A DNA stretch of 64,000 nt from Escherichia phage moha, in sequence record MN850590.1; one strand, written 5' to 3'. The notes beneath the pieces are model-generated. The model was not told the DNA's origin. It saw only the letters and a program-made list of their open reading frames with translations, and did not search any database. Of the stretch, positions 16,451 to 28,071 are shown piece after piece. How positions within the stretch are numbered: the stretch's first letter is position 1; the number at the start of each line of letters is the position of its first letter. A program made the position numbers and the translations under genes.

Positions 16451-19400
16451 TTATGCTAAACGAACGATATAGTTAAAAGCAACGTTTTTAACTGTGTTTT
16501 CTGTATTTCCTGTGGCATTTACAGTTATTGTATGTCCATGGGAACCAATCGCTACCGAATGAGAGTGGGCACCAATACCTACAGTATGTGTATGGGCACC
16601 GATACCCACAGTATGAGCATGGTTACCTGTGGTACTTGTAGTTCCTGACCAACTATGGGTGTGGGCACCATCTGAAGAAGTTTTGGCCATATTCGACGAT
16701 GCAGTAGCACCGCTCACGGTTGCAGTGAATTTAGCGTTGCCGTTTGGACCCGCACTATTGTATCCATCATAGAATATGCTAGTGGGTATGCCGCCTTGTA
16801 CCTGAGGACCTGAACGCGCGTGTTGGTGCGCACCAGCGGAACTAGTATTACCACTCACTGTATGGCTATGGTTGCCAGTGGTATTACTGGTCTTAGTACC
16901 ATAATCAAAGCTTGAAGTCGTTTTGCTACCGTAATCAAAACTAGAAGTGGTCTTAGTACCCAAATCTGTGCTTGATGCACTTGCACTATGGCTATGTGAC
17001 TTAACACCGTCTGCTTCTGTACTCAATACATCACGCCCAGATGGTTTACCCTTAATAGTTTGCCCACGCATATCAGGAATAGTACCTGTTGGATACGCTG
17101 CCGCTAGTTTAGGATATGCAGACTTATCAAAGGTTTGACCTTCCATTAAAGCGAACCCGGCTGGAACTGAATCACTTGGCCATGGAATCGGAGCACCGAC
17201 TGGATAAGGTATTTGAGCATCAGAATACATCATATACACTTGACCAACGAGATGACCAGCGGGTAATTCTGTTACTGGTGTTTGATATCCACCATTAAGT
17301 CCAATTACCGAAATATAACGGGTATTTTCTGTGGCGTCATATTCAACTATAAGTTTGTCTGCATAAGTCCCAGCATACAGATAAACGTCATAATCATCAC
17401 CGGAGGTATTAATTGTTGCTATATTAGTAAATCCATTACCCGTGCGCCCCCATAAAGTGGCGTTAATACCTTTAGGATTGTTATTACTGGTACGAAGAAC
17501 TACTTCAGTAATTGTAGCCTGTTCTGGTGAATTGGCATTATATCCATTACCACCTATAATCTTAAATTGGACGGTAGAAACTGATTGTGGCATAGTTACA
17601 GTAGCAAATTTATACCATCCTGCAGTTGAACTACCGGACCAAGTTCCGACCTTAACTCTACGTTCTAAAGTTGTGTTCAGGTTAGCAAAATTACCAGAAC
17701 CACCTGTGATGTTACCATCGGTTCCAATCTGGGTTGAACCTATTCTAAGAGGTTTAGCTATATCAACCGTATCAGAGTTTAATGCAATACCATGGGAGTA
17801 GGTGTAACTATGCATACGAACGACGTTTCCGCCATCGCCAATACCCAAATACCATTTTGTGACATCTGCTTTACGTCCTTGGATGAAGTTAGAAGACTCT
17901 TGTGTTGGAGCATTTATTCTAATAGCATCTGATGCTGTATTTATTGTTATACGCTGACCTGCTGTAGTACCGGATGCTTCTACTTTAAATCTACCGCCAC
18001 CGATATCTACATCATGATCCATGGAAACTTTACCATTACTTAATGCAATATAGAACGGACGTAAATTAGAAATACCACCTGTTTCACCAGCGTTCTGCGG
18101 AGTTGGAATAATATAAAGCTTATCTTCAGAACGACGGAAAATAGCACCATATTCGGCATTCCAAATTCTTAATGCATCTGCTGTTCCACCAAATTTAGCT
18201 TGTCCGTTTACAGATAATCCATTATTTGCAACTAAACTTGATTCACTAACAATAGAACCGGCCGATATAATACCACCACCCACACGTAAAGCGCCGGAAA
18301 TTCTAAATTGGAGAGAACCGACAGTTTCAGAACCTGTTGGAGCTAAACGTTGAGAATAAAAATGATAGCCCTGGCCGTCATACAATTCAAATACGGTTTC
18401 ACGATTACCGGCAGTGGAGTCGAATGCATTACCCCAAGCTTTCATAGTTAAATAACTTTTATTTTGTCCTGCACGGGACCCGGCATTCCACTGGATAGTT
18501 CTCGAGCCATCAACTTTGCTAGGGGCGCCAAATTTAAGTCCTGCAGTATTATTAGAACTATTTAAAAATAATTCGTTGTCCAATTTAACAGGTTGGATAG
18601 AAGAAATAGTGCCATCAGCATAAAACTGTACATTATTAGAGCCAGTTACCAATTTCAAAATACCCGGGTTAATTTCCATACCTTCCTGTGTATTAATGTT
18701 GGTTTGGCCTTTACCACGGAAATAATGGGAAAATTTACCGCCAGAATTATATCCAATGTGGGTTTGACCATCACCTGCATTGTTTGTATCAGCCTGGGTT
18801 TGAACCGATAAAAGCGCGGCGTTGATTCCAGGCATGGTCCAGGTTCCGCCTTGGTCTTCTGAGCGTCCAAATAACGCTTTACGAGTACTACGGAAACTGT
18901 CAGGTGTAATAGAAGCAACAGAATTCCAATTACCTACTAAATCATAAACGCCTTGCTTAATATATTTTAAACCAGTTGCAGCATCGCCCAAAGCAATATA
19001 TCTTTCTCCCATTGGAGTAGGAGAGCCGTAGTTGTTAGTATTTTCGTCAGCAGTAATTGTGCCAATAGCAAGTGAACGACGTAATACCATTGCTCCATCA
19101 TTACGAAGACCCATTAATTTAGTAGTAAGTGTATTTCCGGTCCACCAAGAAATTTCATCATTCTTACCAGTTTGAGCTGAAGCGATTTCATGGTAAATGG
19201 TTCCACCTGATTTAGCTCGAACTTTACGAAGATAGTTTATACCATTTTCTTCACCTGTTCCAGGATAAACATATTGAACTAATGACTGCGAATCGTATTG
19301 TCCAAATGCTTTTGTGTCTAAAACAATGGTTTTCGTATTAACTTGTGGAGCAGAAACTATACCATTAGCGGAGTTAATATTGCCTGACGCAGAAATATTA

Positions 19401-19942
19401 CCTTTGCTGACAAATAAATCACCAGTGTCAACTTGGAAATTACCATTACGATTAAAAGTCCAATATTTCGAATCCCCAGTTTCATCAATATAATGGAACT
19501 TAAAACTGCCTTCAGCAACCAATGTACCCGCTGAAAACGTACCATCTTTATAACGTTGCTTAATGAGTGGATGATATTCTGAAATAGAAGTAGTTGAACT
19601 TAAATCTGTAAAGATAGGAGCTTTATTTAGGTGTTGATTTGCCCACGCGCCATTACCAGCTGTTTTAGGTAAAAATTCAATATATTTTCCTGCATAAACA
19701 AACTGATTTCCATTGAGATTATATGTGCCGTTTTGTAAATAATCACCATTTTGAGTTACATTACCGTTAATATCCCCGCCCTTAGCAAAGCCTAGGCTAA
19801 TAATATTACCGAGGTCATCTTTAGTAAAAAGAGTTCGATCTTTTAAGTTTATCGCTAATTCGCCTTCGGCTAATTGTGCTGCAGTAGGATTAACTCCTGC
19901 CACTTTGCTTCTTTTAAATTGTATCTGTTTTAATGTAGCCAT
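16451..19942 (-). CDS. 37: long tail fibre distal subunit gp37 (receptor-binding tip)
   Basis: 1163 aa; C-terminal HxH repeats and terminal [11 protein letters not shown] (intramolecular chaperone end) as in T4 gp37; synteny 36-37-38. Confidence 0.9.
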   Translation of the reverse strand: MATLKQIQFKRSKVAGVNPTAAQLAEGELAINLKDRTLFTKDDLGNIISLGFAKGGDINGNVTQNGDYLQNGTYNLNGNQFVYAGKYIEFLPKTAGNGAWANQHLNKAPIFTDLSSTTSISEYHPLIKQRYKDGTFSAGTLVAEGSFKFHYIDETGDSKYWTFNRNGNFQVDTGDLFVSKGNISASGNINSANGIVSAPQVNTKTIVLDTKAFGQYDSQSLVQYVYPGTGEENGINYLRKVRAKSGGTIYHEIASAQTGKNDEISWWTGNTLTTKLMGLRNDGAMVLRRSLAIGTITADENTNNYGSPTPMGERYIALGDAATGLKYIKQGVYDLVGNWNSVASITPDSFRSTRKALFGRSEDQGGTWTMPGINAALLSVQTQADTNNAGDGQTHIGYNSGGKFSHYFRGKGQTNINTQEGMEINPGILKLVTGSNNVQFYADGTISSIQPVKLDNELFLNSSNNTAGLKFGAPSKVDGSRTIQWNAGSRAGQNKSYLTMKAWGNAFDSTAGNRETVFELYDGQGYHFYSQRLAPTGSETVGSLQFRISGALRVGGGIISAGSIVSESSLVANNGLSVNGQAKFGGTADALRIWNAEYGAIFRRSEDKLYIIPTPQNAGETGGISNLRPFYIALSNGKVSMDHDVDIGGGRFKVEASGTTAGQRITINTASDAIRINAPTQESSNFIQGRKADVTKWYLGIGDGGNVVRMHSYTYSHGIALNSDTVDIAKPLRIGSTQIGTDGNITGGSGNFANLNTTLERRVKVGTWSGSSTAGWYKFATVTMPQSVSTVQFKIIGGNGYNANSPEQATITEVVLRTSNNNPKGINATLWGRTGNGFTNIATINTSGDDYDVYLYAGTYADKLIVEYDATENTRYISVIGLNGGYQTPVTELPAGHLVGQVYMMYSDAQIPYPVGAPIPWPSDSVPAGFALMEGQTFDKSAYPKLAAAYPTGTIPDMRGQTIKGKPSGRDVLSTEADGVKSHSHSASASSTDLGTKTTSSFDYGSKTTSSFDYGTKTSNTTGNHSHTVSGNTSSAGAHQHARSGPQVQGGIPTSIFYDGYNSAGPNGNAKFTATVSGATASSNMAKTSSDGAHTHSWSGTTSTTGNHAHTVGIGAHTHTVGIGAHSHSVAIGSHGHTITVNATGNTENTVKNVAFNYIVRLA
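16539..16615 (-). repeat. imperfect 27-nt tandem repeat (about 3 copies) encoding (V/A)xIG(A/S)HxH units
   Basis: Units tgggcaccaatacctacagtatg (16566-16588) and tgggcaccgatacccacagtatg (16593-16615) plus a degenerate copy upstream. Confidence 0.6.
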
Positions 19943-19950
19943 AAGTCCTC

Positions 19951-20613
19951 TTAATAATAGCCGAAATCTTGAACAGAATCTTTAATTACAATCTGGTCGA
20001 AACGAGGAACATGATTAGCCTCAGACGCCGGATTCTGTGAGAAAAAGTTTGGTGCTGTTAAAGTACCAGTCATGGTATCGCCTTTACGCAATACACGAGA
20101 ATTTGCGTTATCCGTAACAATATTTATTCGTCCATCAACATAATCTTTTCTTGTGAGATCATTTGCTGCAACCGGAGCAGTAGCGTTAGAACGGACAGGA
20201 CCAATTGCATAAAAACCGCCCTTAGTGCTGATATCACCGGTACGAGCGTTAATTACAACAGTTCGGTCTGCTGAACCTTGTGATGACTTAAAACCAATAC
20301 CATTCCACGAAACGATGTCAATATTTGCCATATCAAAAGTAGCTGCATCACCGTTACCTGGATAAACACCACACTGTTGACTACTACCTACAGTAGGAAC
20401 ATGTACTCCTCCATTAAATCGAACAGTTGCAGCGTAAGTACCACCATTAGCTTTAGAAACGAAATCGTTATCAGCCGCTTGTGGTTTATTATATTCTGAA
20501 TAGAGTTTAAACGTTTTATACAGGACGTCATCACCTGCTGGCATTAAAGGGAAATTACCTTGATGCCATATGACAGCACCGCCAGTTGTACTACCAGCTT
20601 TTAAATCGGCCAT
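19951..20613 (-). CDS. 36: long tail fibre distal connector gp36
   Basis: 220 aa (T4 gp36 221 aa); synteny; late promoter upstream. Confidence 0.8.
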   Translation of the reverse strand: MADLKAGSTTGGAVIWHQGNFPLMPAGDDVLYKTFKLYSEYNKPQAADNDFVSKANGGTYAATVRFNGGVHVPTVGSSQQCGVYPGNGDAATFDMANIDIVSWNGIGFKSSQGSADRTVVINARTGDISTKGGFYAIGPVRSNATAPVAANDLTRKDYVDGRINIVTDNANSRVLRKGDTMTGTLTAPNFFSQNPASEANHVPRFDQIVIKDSVQDFGYY

Positions 20614-20637
20614 AGTTGTCTCCTTATATGTATACCA

Positions 20638-20645
20638 TATTTATA
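20638..20645 (-). promoter_or_regulatory. late promoter for genes 36-37-38
   Basis: tatttata on + strand, ~25 bp upstream of gp36 start, just downstream of gene-35 terminator hairpin. Confidence 0.5.
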
Positions 20646-20652
20646 CAAAAAT

Positions 20653-20670
20653 GGGAGACCGAAGTCTCCC
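20653..20670 (-). terminator. terminator hairpin after gene 35
   Basis: GGGAGAC-CGAA-GTCTCCC; U-rich on - strand. Confidence 0.5.
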
Positions 20671-20675
20671 TAAAT

Positions 20676-21803
20676 TTATTCTGATGCTTCTTTAAATTCT
20701 TGTCCAAATACCTTACCAGTATCAGTTGAAGATTGAGTAGGTAGTGTCATTATGTCTGGGGCACTTAAAGATTCTGAAACATAATTTACACGAATACCAT
20801 TTATACCAAACTCCGCAGGTTTTGAAACGCTTCCATTGCATGATACTTCAGTTAATATAACGTTTCTTAATCCACCTTGCCCGACTGGAGCTGTACGATA
20901 ACAATAAATCGTGAACCCGTCAGCACCAGCAGGAATTTCTATGTAGTCTTCATATATCTTCCATTCACCTGCGGCCCCATCAAAGTTTGTATCCTTAAAT
21001 GAAATAGGTGAAGTAGAAGGAGATTTAAAGAAACGAATAGAAAGTCGTGTCGTCCCTTGTGCTAACAAATCGGCATCTGCCATTAGTTGGAATTTCATAT
21101 AAAGGAAATCTCCAGGCTTCAATTTATACCCAGCGAGAGGTGTAATAATGGACGGTGTAGGCATCCTTTTAATTTCATTATTAGTACCTCCAACGGCAGA
21201 TAAAAATGTGTCTGACGATTCATACGTACGACTAGGGAAGCCGGTAGCACCAATATCATCTATAGTGTCGTACACAACATCAAGTGGTGTACTATAGTCG
21301 GTTGAAGTTTTCTTATTACTATACTTAATATGTTCTAGTGCTATAGCATTCTTACCAGAAATATAAAATGCAGAATAAGAAATGTCCACTATATTTAAAA
21401 CTTGTTGAGCTAATGGAATAACAGAACTCCCAGCTTTAGTAAACCATGTGAGAACTTCTGGTGGAAAGTTTGTTTTAGAGTTAGTAACAAGAGCAAATAT
21501 AAAATTTGAAGCATATGTGTCCATGTAAGTAACAAATGCACTTGACGTGGCGTCGTTTTCAGTAGAGAAATTATATGTCTTAGATTCAACTACTGCACCC
21601 GTTGTAGGATTTATTACACGAACGTTTAATCCAACGGAAAAAACCTGGGACCCAAGTGGATTATCCTGGAACTTAATATAAGCAGGAGATGTTGATAGCG
21701 GACAAGAGCCCGCTATGCTTAATTTAAATCGTACTGAATTGCTTTCCGATAAAAATGGCGTTTGGACGTATCCTTGTCCAAACTTAGCCATAAATTTTTC
21801 CAT
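20676..21803 (-). CDS. 35: long tail fibre hinge gp35
   Basis: 375 aa (T4 gp35 372 aa); synteny. Confidence 0.8.
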   Translation of the reverse strand: MEKFMAKFGQGYVQTPFLSESNSVRFKLSIAGSCPLSTSPAYIKFQDNPLGSQVFSVGLNVRVINPTTGAVVESKTYNFSTENDATSSAFVTYMDTYASNFIFALVTNSKTNFPPEVLTWFTKAGSSVIPLAQQVLNIVDISYSAFYISGKNAIALEHIKYSNKKTSTDYSTPLDVVYDTIDDIGATGFPSRTYESSDTFLSAVGGTNNEIKRMPTPSIITPLAGYKLKPGDFLYMKFQLMADADLLAQGTTRLSIRFFKSPSTSPISFKDTNFDGAAGEWKIYEDYIEIPAGADGFTIYCYRTAPVGQGGLRNVILTEVSCNGSVSKPAEFGINGIRVNYVSESLSAPDIMTLPTQSSTDTGKVFGQEFKEASE

Positions 21804-21811
21804 AATACCTC

Positions 21812-24800
21812 TTATTCAATCCACTCGAATTTAACAGATTTATTCACAGGGTCCGGAATAATGCGGACGTTACCAATCCTTAAGAAATCCCTTATTGTCA
21901 AGTTTCCGATTGTTGCATTATCAGAAGGTAAAGCACCAATATCAGATGGCTGAGGAGGGTTACCCCCATCAAATACTTGAACAAAACTTGACCAAGAATT
22001 TTTAGTTTTCTGCCATGTACGAGTCCAACGGGTTGTACGTGCTTCTGGGGTTGTTGGATAAGTAATCCAATCTTGGTAAAGTGAATCAAGTGTGTTACCA
22101 AACTGAGTCAGTGTACCAGGAGATTTAACTTCTTCGCCACGTTCTAAGTATGGAAGCCCAGTCACTTCATTAGTTTTTTCAACCATTTTAAAATAACCTG
22201 GGAACTGGTTATAAGTGGCTGAATCGTTAATATCAATTGACCAGAATCCTACATTATCAGATGTTGGCGCACGGGTATATAAATCGGATGTTTTAGTACC
22301 CTGAGAACGAATTCTTGAGTTAACAGTCAAACCGCCAGAATTTATAGTAGCACCTTTGGCAATGATTAAGCTTTCACCAATCGTAACTTGACCGGATTGA
22401 TTATTAATTGATAATGGACGTAATCCATTAAATCCACCGGTCTGATCACCAGATGCAGTAAGCATAAAATATGTGCTGCCGCCATCATTGCGAATAAAGA
22501 ATCCGTAATCACCACTAATTGCTCTGAAAGCATTTGCAGACTTGCTAATGAATTCGCCATTGGCTGTAACTGAACGTCCAAATGTTGCAATGCCATTCGC
22601 ATTTAACGTGCCTGAAGCGTTAACATTTATTGGCATCAAAGTACCATTAATGCTAAACGTTATATTCCCAGCTTTATTACGTTGAGAATAAAAGTGATTA
22701 GATGTTTCATCACCAACTTCAAATACAGTAGAACGTGTTGTATCTGAACCACCACCACCAAATTCATTTCCCCAAACTCTGATAGTCATCGTCTGTGCTG
22801 GGTTAGTTCCAGTTTGAGGTCCTTTCTCAAAAATCAGACGAGTTGCCGTTCCAGTATTAGAAATAGTTAATGTACTATTTGCCGAAACTGAACCACCAAA
22901 CGTAGCAGTACTAGTTGATACAAGAGGGGCACTCAGATTCGTTTGTTGGGTTAAGGTTAGTGAACCATTAACCGTCTGTGCAATGTCCCTACGAATGAAC
23001 TGAGATGAATCTAGGCCATCTAATAAATTACTATCTACGGCTTTAGCTTTCAATGGCAAATAGTTAGCAAGTACACGGTTTAATTCATATGGTGATACTG
23101 CATAGCTATTTTTCTCATATGATTCTAAAGGTTGTGTTGAACCAACTGTATCATTACCAACAAATGTAATAGAACCGGATGAAGTTTTAACGAATCCACG
23201 AATCGCCGTAGTAGCAGCCCATGTTGGTTCAGACTGGACAATCCATTTTAAATTCTTAGGAGATACAGCAGTATTAGCAGAAGTTCCTGTTACAGTTTCA
23301 GCCTGAGTAGCAACCTTAATTACGCCTTCAGACGTTTCAGTGGACTTAGTCCCTAAAAGCTTTTTAGGAGTAATAAGAACATCATCTAAAGTTCCTGCAT
23401 TAGATTCTGCTTGGGTCGCTACACGAAGTGTACCACGTTGTGTTTCATTTGCTTTAGAAATATCAAGAGTATAATGGTTCCACAAGGTTCCTTCTTCAAT
23501 AAGTCCGGAATCAGAATTAACACTGGTACGGTCAGAAGAATCAAAATGAGTTTTAATTTTCAGTGGAGTCGAGATACGAGTATCATCAGTTCCAGTATCA
23601 AATTCAACTTGCGTAGCAAGTTCGGCTATGCCGGATAATCCTTCCGTAGCTTTCCTATCATTTAACGTCTTAGGCGTTACTGCACGTGTATAATCAGTCC
23701 CAGCATTAGTTTCTGTTTGCGTAGCAATTTCAATTAAACCAATACGTCCATCAGTAGAAGTTTTCTTATGTAGTGTTTCAGGAGTTACTACAGCGTGAGA
23801 ATAACCTGCTTGTGATTGACCGGCAATCACTTCACTATCAACAGCTAAAATTACTGCACCTTGTTGAGCATAAGTTGCTTTATATTGGTCAAGGGCTTTA
23901 GGAGAAATAGTTAAATTATTTACGGTTTTATTATAAACGTTAGTGCCTGCAGCACCACGAGTTTCAGCAGGAGTAGCAGAAGTAGTTGATACATATTTAA
24001 CTATACCTGATAGTGTTTCAGAACCCTGACGTGCCTGCAATTTCTTAGGTGTAATAATCGTTGTGTCATCAAGACCAGCATCGGTTTCAGTCTGAGTAGC
24101 AATTTCAGCAAGACCGCGGCGAGTTTCAGTTGCTGTACGCTCATTTAGTTTTTTAGGCGTAACAATAGTATCGTCCACAAATGATGCTGTGGAATTCTGG
24201 TTAACTTGTGCTGTTGTAGCAATTTTAGCGATACCACGTCGAGCTTCAGTTGCTGTACGATTTGCCAACGTTTCAGGAGTAATAGCAACTTCTTTAGCCG
24301 GAGTATTCTCTAAATCAACATTTGCTTGCGCTTGAGTAGCAAGAGCAATAACACCTAAACGAGCTCTAGTTGTATCAGTTCCAGCATCGACACGTTCTAC
24401 AGTTGGGACGTTTTGTTGAACAACCCAATAACTTGTACCAGCAACAGTGTCTTCGATATACGCTAATTCTAATACAGGAACATATGAAGTAGTGCCATTG
24501 AATTCTAGTTCAGTAACAGAGACCCATTGAGCATCAGGTGGATATTCAGAACGTTTAGGGAACTGAAGCAATGCAACAGAAGAAGCAATTGTATCACCTT
24601 CGGCAGCTTTAATTTTTACTGTTTGGCCTTTACGCATGTAGTTCATTGAAATTTTAACAGTGTCACCACTCAAAATTCCTGTAGGCAGCGTAAGATTAAT
24701 AGTTCCGGCTGTAGCGTTATTTGTGCCAAAAATAAGAACTTCTTCATTTGGACGAATATTTGAATCCGCACGGATAATACGAAGACGCGATTTCTGGTCG

Positions 24801-25690
24801 CCTTCCCATATACGCCATAAACTACTTGCAGCATCAAAAACAAAAAACGCGTCAGAGTCATTTCTGCCTTCGGCAATATGAGTCCCGACTTCACCAATAG
24901 ACGTTGTATCATCAAATGTTTTAACAATTGTATGATACAGTGGGTTTAATTTATCTAAATCAACTATGTGGATTATATCACCATTATTAGCATTACGTGG
25001 AAGTGTAATGTTGATTGGTGCTGCACTAGTAAAACGACGAACGATAAAATCATTTGCTTGTGCTTGATATGGTGTCGCAGGTGTAACAGTGATTGATTCT
25101 TTACCATAATCGGTAATATACATCTGCCACAAACGATTACTAAACACAAACAATAGTTGTGAACGCGGACGCGTCATTAAAACTGTACGAACCTGTTCAC
25201 CTCTAAAGTTTAAAATGCTCTGCACAGACGCGTTAATCTGTACTTTAACTGTCCCGGTTCTTCCACCAATATCAGCCAAAACAACAGTATCACCATCAAC
25301 CGGCGTATTTGGCAACGTGAAAACCATATCATTGCCGGCACCAGTGTTAACCGAAATAGATTCACCTGAAGAAAGTTGATAAGTCCCAGAAGCGACAGTT
25401 ATCCATTGTGCATCAGTACGAACTGCACGCCATTGTAAAAGGTTAAATGCCCCGGAAGGAGACACGATATCATTTATTGCTTGATATAAACGGTTGTCAT
25501 AAAGAACAACAAATCCTTTGTTATATCCACGCGTAGAATCATATACTTGAACGGTGTTTTCTTGTACCAGGAAGTCAACGTTTACGCCATCAGTACCTAC
25601 TGTACGGTCGGCTAATGCTACGTTAACAATCTTGTCGCCACCGGCGTCCAGACCGTCTTCGGCTCTGAACTTACGTTTGATGTCGGCCAT
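21812..25690 (-). CDS. 34: long tail fibre proximal subunit gp34
   Basis: 1292 aa (T4 gp34 1289 aa); synteny; late promoter upstream. Confidence 0.85.
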   Translation of the reverse strand: MADIKRKFRAEDGLDAGGDKIVNVALADRTVGTDGVNVDFLVQENTVQVYDSTRGYNKGFVVLYDNRLYQAINDIVSPSGAFNLLQWRAVRTDAQWITVASGTYQLSSGESISVNTGAGNDMVFTLPNTPVDGDTVVLADIGGRTGTVKVQINASVQSILNFRGEQVRTVLMTRPRSQLLFVFSNRLWQMYITDYGKESITVTPATPYQAQANDFIVRRFTSAAPINITLPRNANNGDIIHIVDLDKLNPLYHTIVKTFDDTTSIGEVGTHIAEGRNDSDAFFVFDAASSLWRIWEGDQKSRLRIIRADSNIRPNEEVLIFGTNNATAGTINLTLPTGILSGDTVKISMNYMRKGQTVKIKAAEGDTIASSVALLQFPKRSEYPPDAQWVSVTELEFNGTTSYVPVLELAYIEDTVAGTSYWVVQQNVPTVERVDAGTDTTRARLGVIALATQAQANVDLENTPAKEVAITPETLANRTATEARRGIAKIATTAQVNQNSTASFVDDTIVTPKKLNERTATETRRGLAEIATQTETDAGLDDTTIITPKKLQARQGSETLSGIVKYVSTTSATPAETRGAAGTNVYNKTVNNLTISPKALDQYKATYAQQGAVILAVDSEVIAGQSQAGYSHAVVTPETLHKKTSTDGRIGLIEIATQTETNAGTDYTRAVTPKTLNDRKATEGLSGIAELATQVEFDTGTDDTRISTPLKIKTHFDSSDRTSVNSDSGLIEEGTLWNHYTLDISKANETQRGTLRVATQAESNAGTLDDVLITPKKLLGTKSTETSEGVIKVATQAETVTGTSANTAVSPKNLKWIVQSEPTWAATTAIRGFVKTSSGSITFVGNDTVGSTQPLESYEKNSYAVSPYELNRVLANYLPLKAKAVDSNLLDGLDSSQFIRRDIAQTVNGSLTLTQQTNLSAPLVSTSTATFGGSVSANSTLTISNTGTATRLIFEKGPQTGTNPAQTMTIRVWGNEFGGGGSDTTRSTVFEVGDETSNHFYSQRNKAGNITFSINGTLMPINVNASGTLNANGIATFGRSVTANGEFISKSANAFRAISGDYGFFIRNDGGSTYFMLTASGDQTGGFNGLRPLSINNQSGQVTIGESLIIAKGATINSGGLTVNSRIRSQGTKTSDLYTRAPTSDNVGFWSIDINDSATYNQFPGYFKMVEKTNEVTGLPYLERGEEVKSPGTLTQFGNTLDSLYQDWITYPTTPEARTTRWTRTWQKTKNSWSSFVQVFDGGNPPQPSDIGALPSDNATIGNLTIRDFLRIGNVRIIPDPVNKSVKFEWIE

Positions 25691-25720
25691 TCGTTTTTCC
25701 TTTATTGTTTCAATAATACT

Positions 25721-25728
25721 TATTTATA
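25721..25728 (-). promoter_or_regulatory. late promoter for gene 34
   Basis: tatttata on + strand = TATAAATA on - strand, ~30 bp upstream of gp34 start. Confidence 0.5.
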
Positions 25729-25731
25729 CCA

Positions 25732-25761
25732 GTTTACGCTTTCAAATGAGTGTGTTACTAT
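25732..25761 (+). promoter_or_regulatory. early promoter upstream of rnh: -35 GTTTAC, -10 TGtTACTAT
   Basis: GTTTAC 25732-25737, TACTAT 25756-25761. Confidence 0.5.
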
Positions 25762-25793
25762 AGACAAGTTGACTAACTGAACAAGAGGTTCAT

Positions 25794-26711
25794 ATGGATT
25801 TAGAAATGATGTTGGATGAAGATTACAAAGAAGGTATTGCACTTGCCGACTTTAGTAACATTGCACTGGCAGCCGCATTAAACAACTTTGAAGACGGCGA
25901 TAAAATTACAGTTCCAATGGTTCGCCATGTAATCTTGAATTCAATTCGTAAAAACGTAGTGATGTTCCGTAAGCAAGGCTATACAAAATTTGTATTGTGT
26001 ATGGATAATGCTACTTCGGGTTATTGGCGTCGAGACTTTGCTTACTATTACAAGAAAAATCGTAAAACCGATCGTGAAGCTTCAAAGTGGGATTGGGAAG
26101 GATATTTTACTGCACTCCATCAAGTTGTTGATGAGATTAAGAAATACATGCCATACGTTGTAATGGATATTGACAAGTATGAAGCGGATGACCATATCGG
26201 TGTATTAACTAAATATTTGTCATTAGCTGGACATAAAGTATGTATTGTTGCATCAGATGGTGACTTTACACAATTACACAAATATCCTAACGTTAAACAG
26301 TGGTCGCCACCACAGAAAAAATGGGTTAAAATTAAGAATGGTTCTGCTGAAATTGATTGCATGACTAAAATTCTTAAAGGTGACCGTAAGGATGGTGTTG
26401 CATCTGTTCGAGTTCGTGGCGACTTCTGGTTTACCAGAGTTGATGGTGAACGAACTCCGAGTATGAAAACATCGATTATTGAAGCAATTGCCAATGACCG
26501 TTCTCAAGCTGAAGTATTATTAAGTGCAGAAGAATATAAACGGTATCAAGAAAATTTGGTTCTCATTGATTTTGATTATATCCCTGATAATATTGCTTCA
26601 ACCATTATAGAGTATTATAACTCATATAAACAACAACCTAAAGGCAAGATTTATTCATACTTTGTAAAATCTGGTCTTTCTAAATTAACAAGTGTAATTA
26701 ATGAATTCTGA
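25794..26711 (+). CDS. rnh: RNase H (FEN-family 5'-3' exonuclease)
   Basis: 305 aa, same as T4 RNase H; recalled strong similarity (YWRRDFAYYYKKNR, HKYPNVKQWSP). Confidence 0.9.
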   Translation: MDLEMMLDEDYKEGIALADFSNIALAAALNNFEDGDKITVPMVRHVILNSIRKNVVMFRKQGYTKFVLCMDNATSGYWRRDFAYYYKKNRKTDREASKWDWEGYFTALHQVVDEIKKYMPYVVMDIDKYEADDHIGVLTKYLSLAGHKVCIVASDGDFTQLHKYPNVKQWSPPQKKWVKIKNGSAEIDCMTKILKGDRKDGVASVRVRGDFWFTRVDGERTPSMKTSIIEAIANDRSQAEVLLSAEEYKRYQENLVLIDFDYIPDNIASTIIEYYNSYKQQPKGKIYSYFVKSGLSKLTSVINEF

Positions 26712-26718
26712 GGTAAAC

Positions 26719-26988
26719 ATGGCTAAGAAAGAAGCAGTTGAATTTAATCAAGATGTGCACGGTGAAGAACTGGCTAAACTAGTCAAGGAAGCTTCCGATA
26801 ACAAACTTAAAATTTCTGGTTATAATGAACTGATTAAAGACATTCGTACTCGTGCTAAAGAAGAGCTTGGTGTCGATGGAAAAATGTTTAATCGTTTGTT
26901 AGCTCTTTATCATAAAGACGCTCGTGACCAATTTGAAGCTGAAAACGAAGAGGTAGTCGAGCTTTATGACACAGTTTTCACTAAGTGA
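26719..26988 (+). CDS. dsbA: dsDNA-binding late-transcription enhancer DsbA
   Basis: Listed ORF 26701..26988; ATG 26719 has GAGG RBS and gives 89 aa = T4 DsbA length; synteny. Confidence 0.65.
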   Translation: MAKKEAVEFNQDVHGEELAKLVKEASDNKLKISGYNELIKDIRTRAKEELGVDGKMFNRLLALYHKDARDQFEAENEEVVELYDTVFTK

Positions 26989-27304
26989 TATTAAACCGGT
27001 TGATGAGGCCGGTTTATCTGAACAAGAATTAGCAGTAAAACACGATAAAGATGATATCGCTAAATTGCTTGACCGACAAGAAAACGGATTCATTATCGAA
27101 TCCATGGTTGAACAATTTGGTATGTCTTATTTAGAAGCAACAACTGCTTTCTTGGAAGAAAATTCTATTCCAGAAACACAATTTGCTAAATTTATTCCTA
27201 CAGGAATTGTTGAAAAAATTACAAGCGAAGCAATTGACGAAAACATGCTTCGCCCATCAGTTGCTCGTGGTGAAAAAACTAATACGTTAGATTTCTTATT
27301 ATGA
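26966..27304 (+). CDS. 33: late transcription accessory protein gp33
   Basis: 112 aa = T4 gp33; synteny between dsbA and 59. Confidence 0.7.
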   Translation: MTQFSLSDIKPVDEAGLSEQELAVKHDKDDIAKLLDRQENGFIIESMVEQFGMSYLEATTAFLEENSIPETQFAKFIPTGIVEKITSEAIDENMLRPSVARGEKTNTLDFLL

Positions 27305-27954
27305 TTAAAATACGCATGCCTCCTGATGGAGAACGTTATATTAACGGAAAATCGGTATACAAACTATACTTGATGTGCAAACAACATTTTAATGGTCGGT
27401 ATGACGTAATCAAATATAACTGGTGCATGCGTGTTTCGGATAATGCGTATCAAAAACGCCGAGATAAATATTTCTTTGAAAAACTAGCAGAGAAATATAA
27501 ATTGAAGGAACTCACCTTGATATTCATAAGCAACTTAGTTGCTAACCAAGACGCATGGATTGGTGAGATATCAGACGCTGATGCATTAGTTTTCTATAGG
27601 GAATATATTGGACGTCTCAAACAAGCTAAAGAGACGTTTGCTGAAGACGTACGTAACATCTACTATTTCAGTAAGAAAGTTGAAGTTAGTGCGCTTCAAG
27701 AGATATTTGATTATAATAACAACGTTCAGTCGAGCTACATATTCAAATTGCTACAAAGCAATATAATTTCATTTGAGACTTTCTTATTGTTGGACTCGTT
27801 TTTGAATATTATAGATAAGCACGACGAACTCACCGATAACTTAGTCTGGCAAAATTATTCTATCAAATTAAAGGCATATCGAAAAATACTTCAAATCGAT
27901 GGAAATGCTGCTAAGAAATTGTTCATAGAAACAATCAAATCATGTAAGTATTAA
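27301..27954 (+). CDS. 59: helicase loader gp59
   Basis: 217 aa = T4 gp59; recalled near-identity (YNWCMRVSD.AYQKRRDKYFF, LVANQDAWIG). Confidence 0.9.
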   Translation: MIKIRMPPDGERYINGKSVYKLYLMCKQHFNGRYDVIKYNWCMRVSDNAYQKRRDKYFFEKLAEKYKLKELTLIFISNLVANQDAWIGEISDADALVFYREYIGRLKQAKETFAEDVRNIYYFSKKVEVSALQEIFDYNNNVQSSYIFKLLQSNIISFETFLLLDSFLNIIDKHDELTDNLVWQNYSIKLKAYRKILQIDGNAAKKLFIETIKSCKY

Positions 27955-28071
27955 GCTTTATTTTATCTGTGTTAGAATTACCGTATAAATAAAACATACC
28001 AGCTACGAGGTATAAGTGTCGTAGCAACCGACTGTAAAATTTAATTAATAATCTAAATAAAGGCAAATAAA

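Noticed and set aside
16947-18918. Several + strand ORFs (16947..17138, 17116..17298, 17442..17801, 18593..18811) and one - strand ORF (18655..18918) inside gene 37
   Set aside because: Antisense or out-of-frame relative to the 1163-aa gp37 ORF, with no start signals; typical spurious frames within a long gene
22366-25763. Short ORFs on both strands inside gene 34
   Set aside because: Embedded within the 1292-aa gp34 ORF with no independent translation signals
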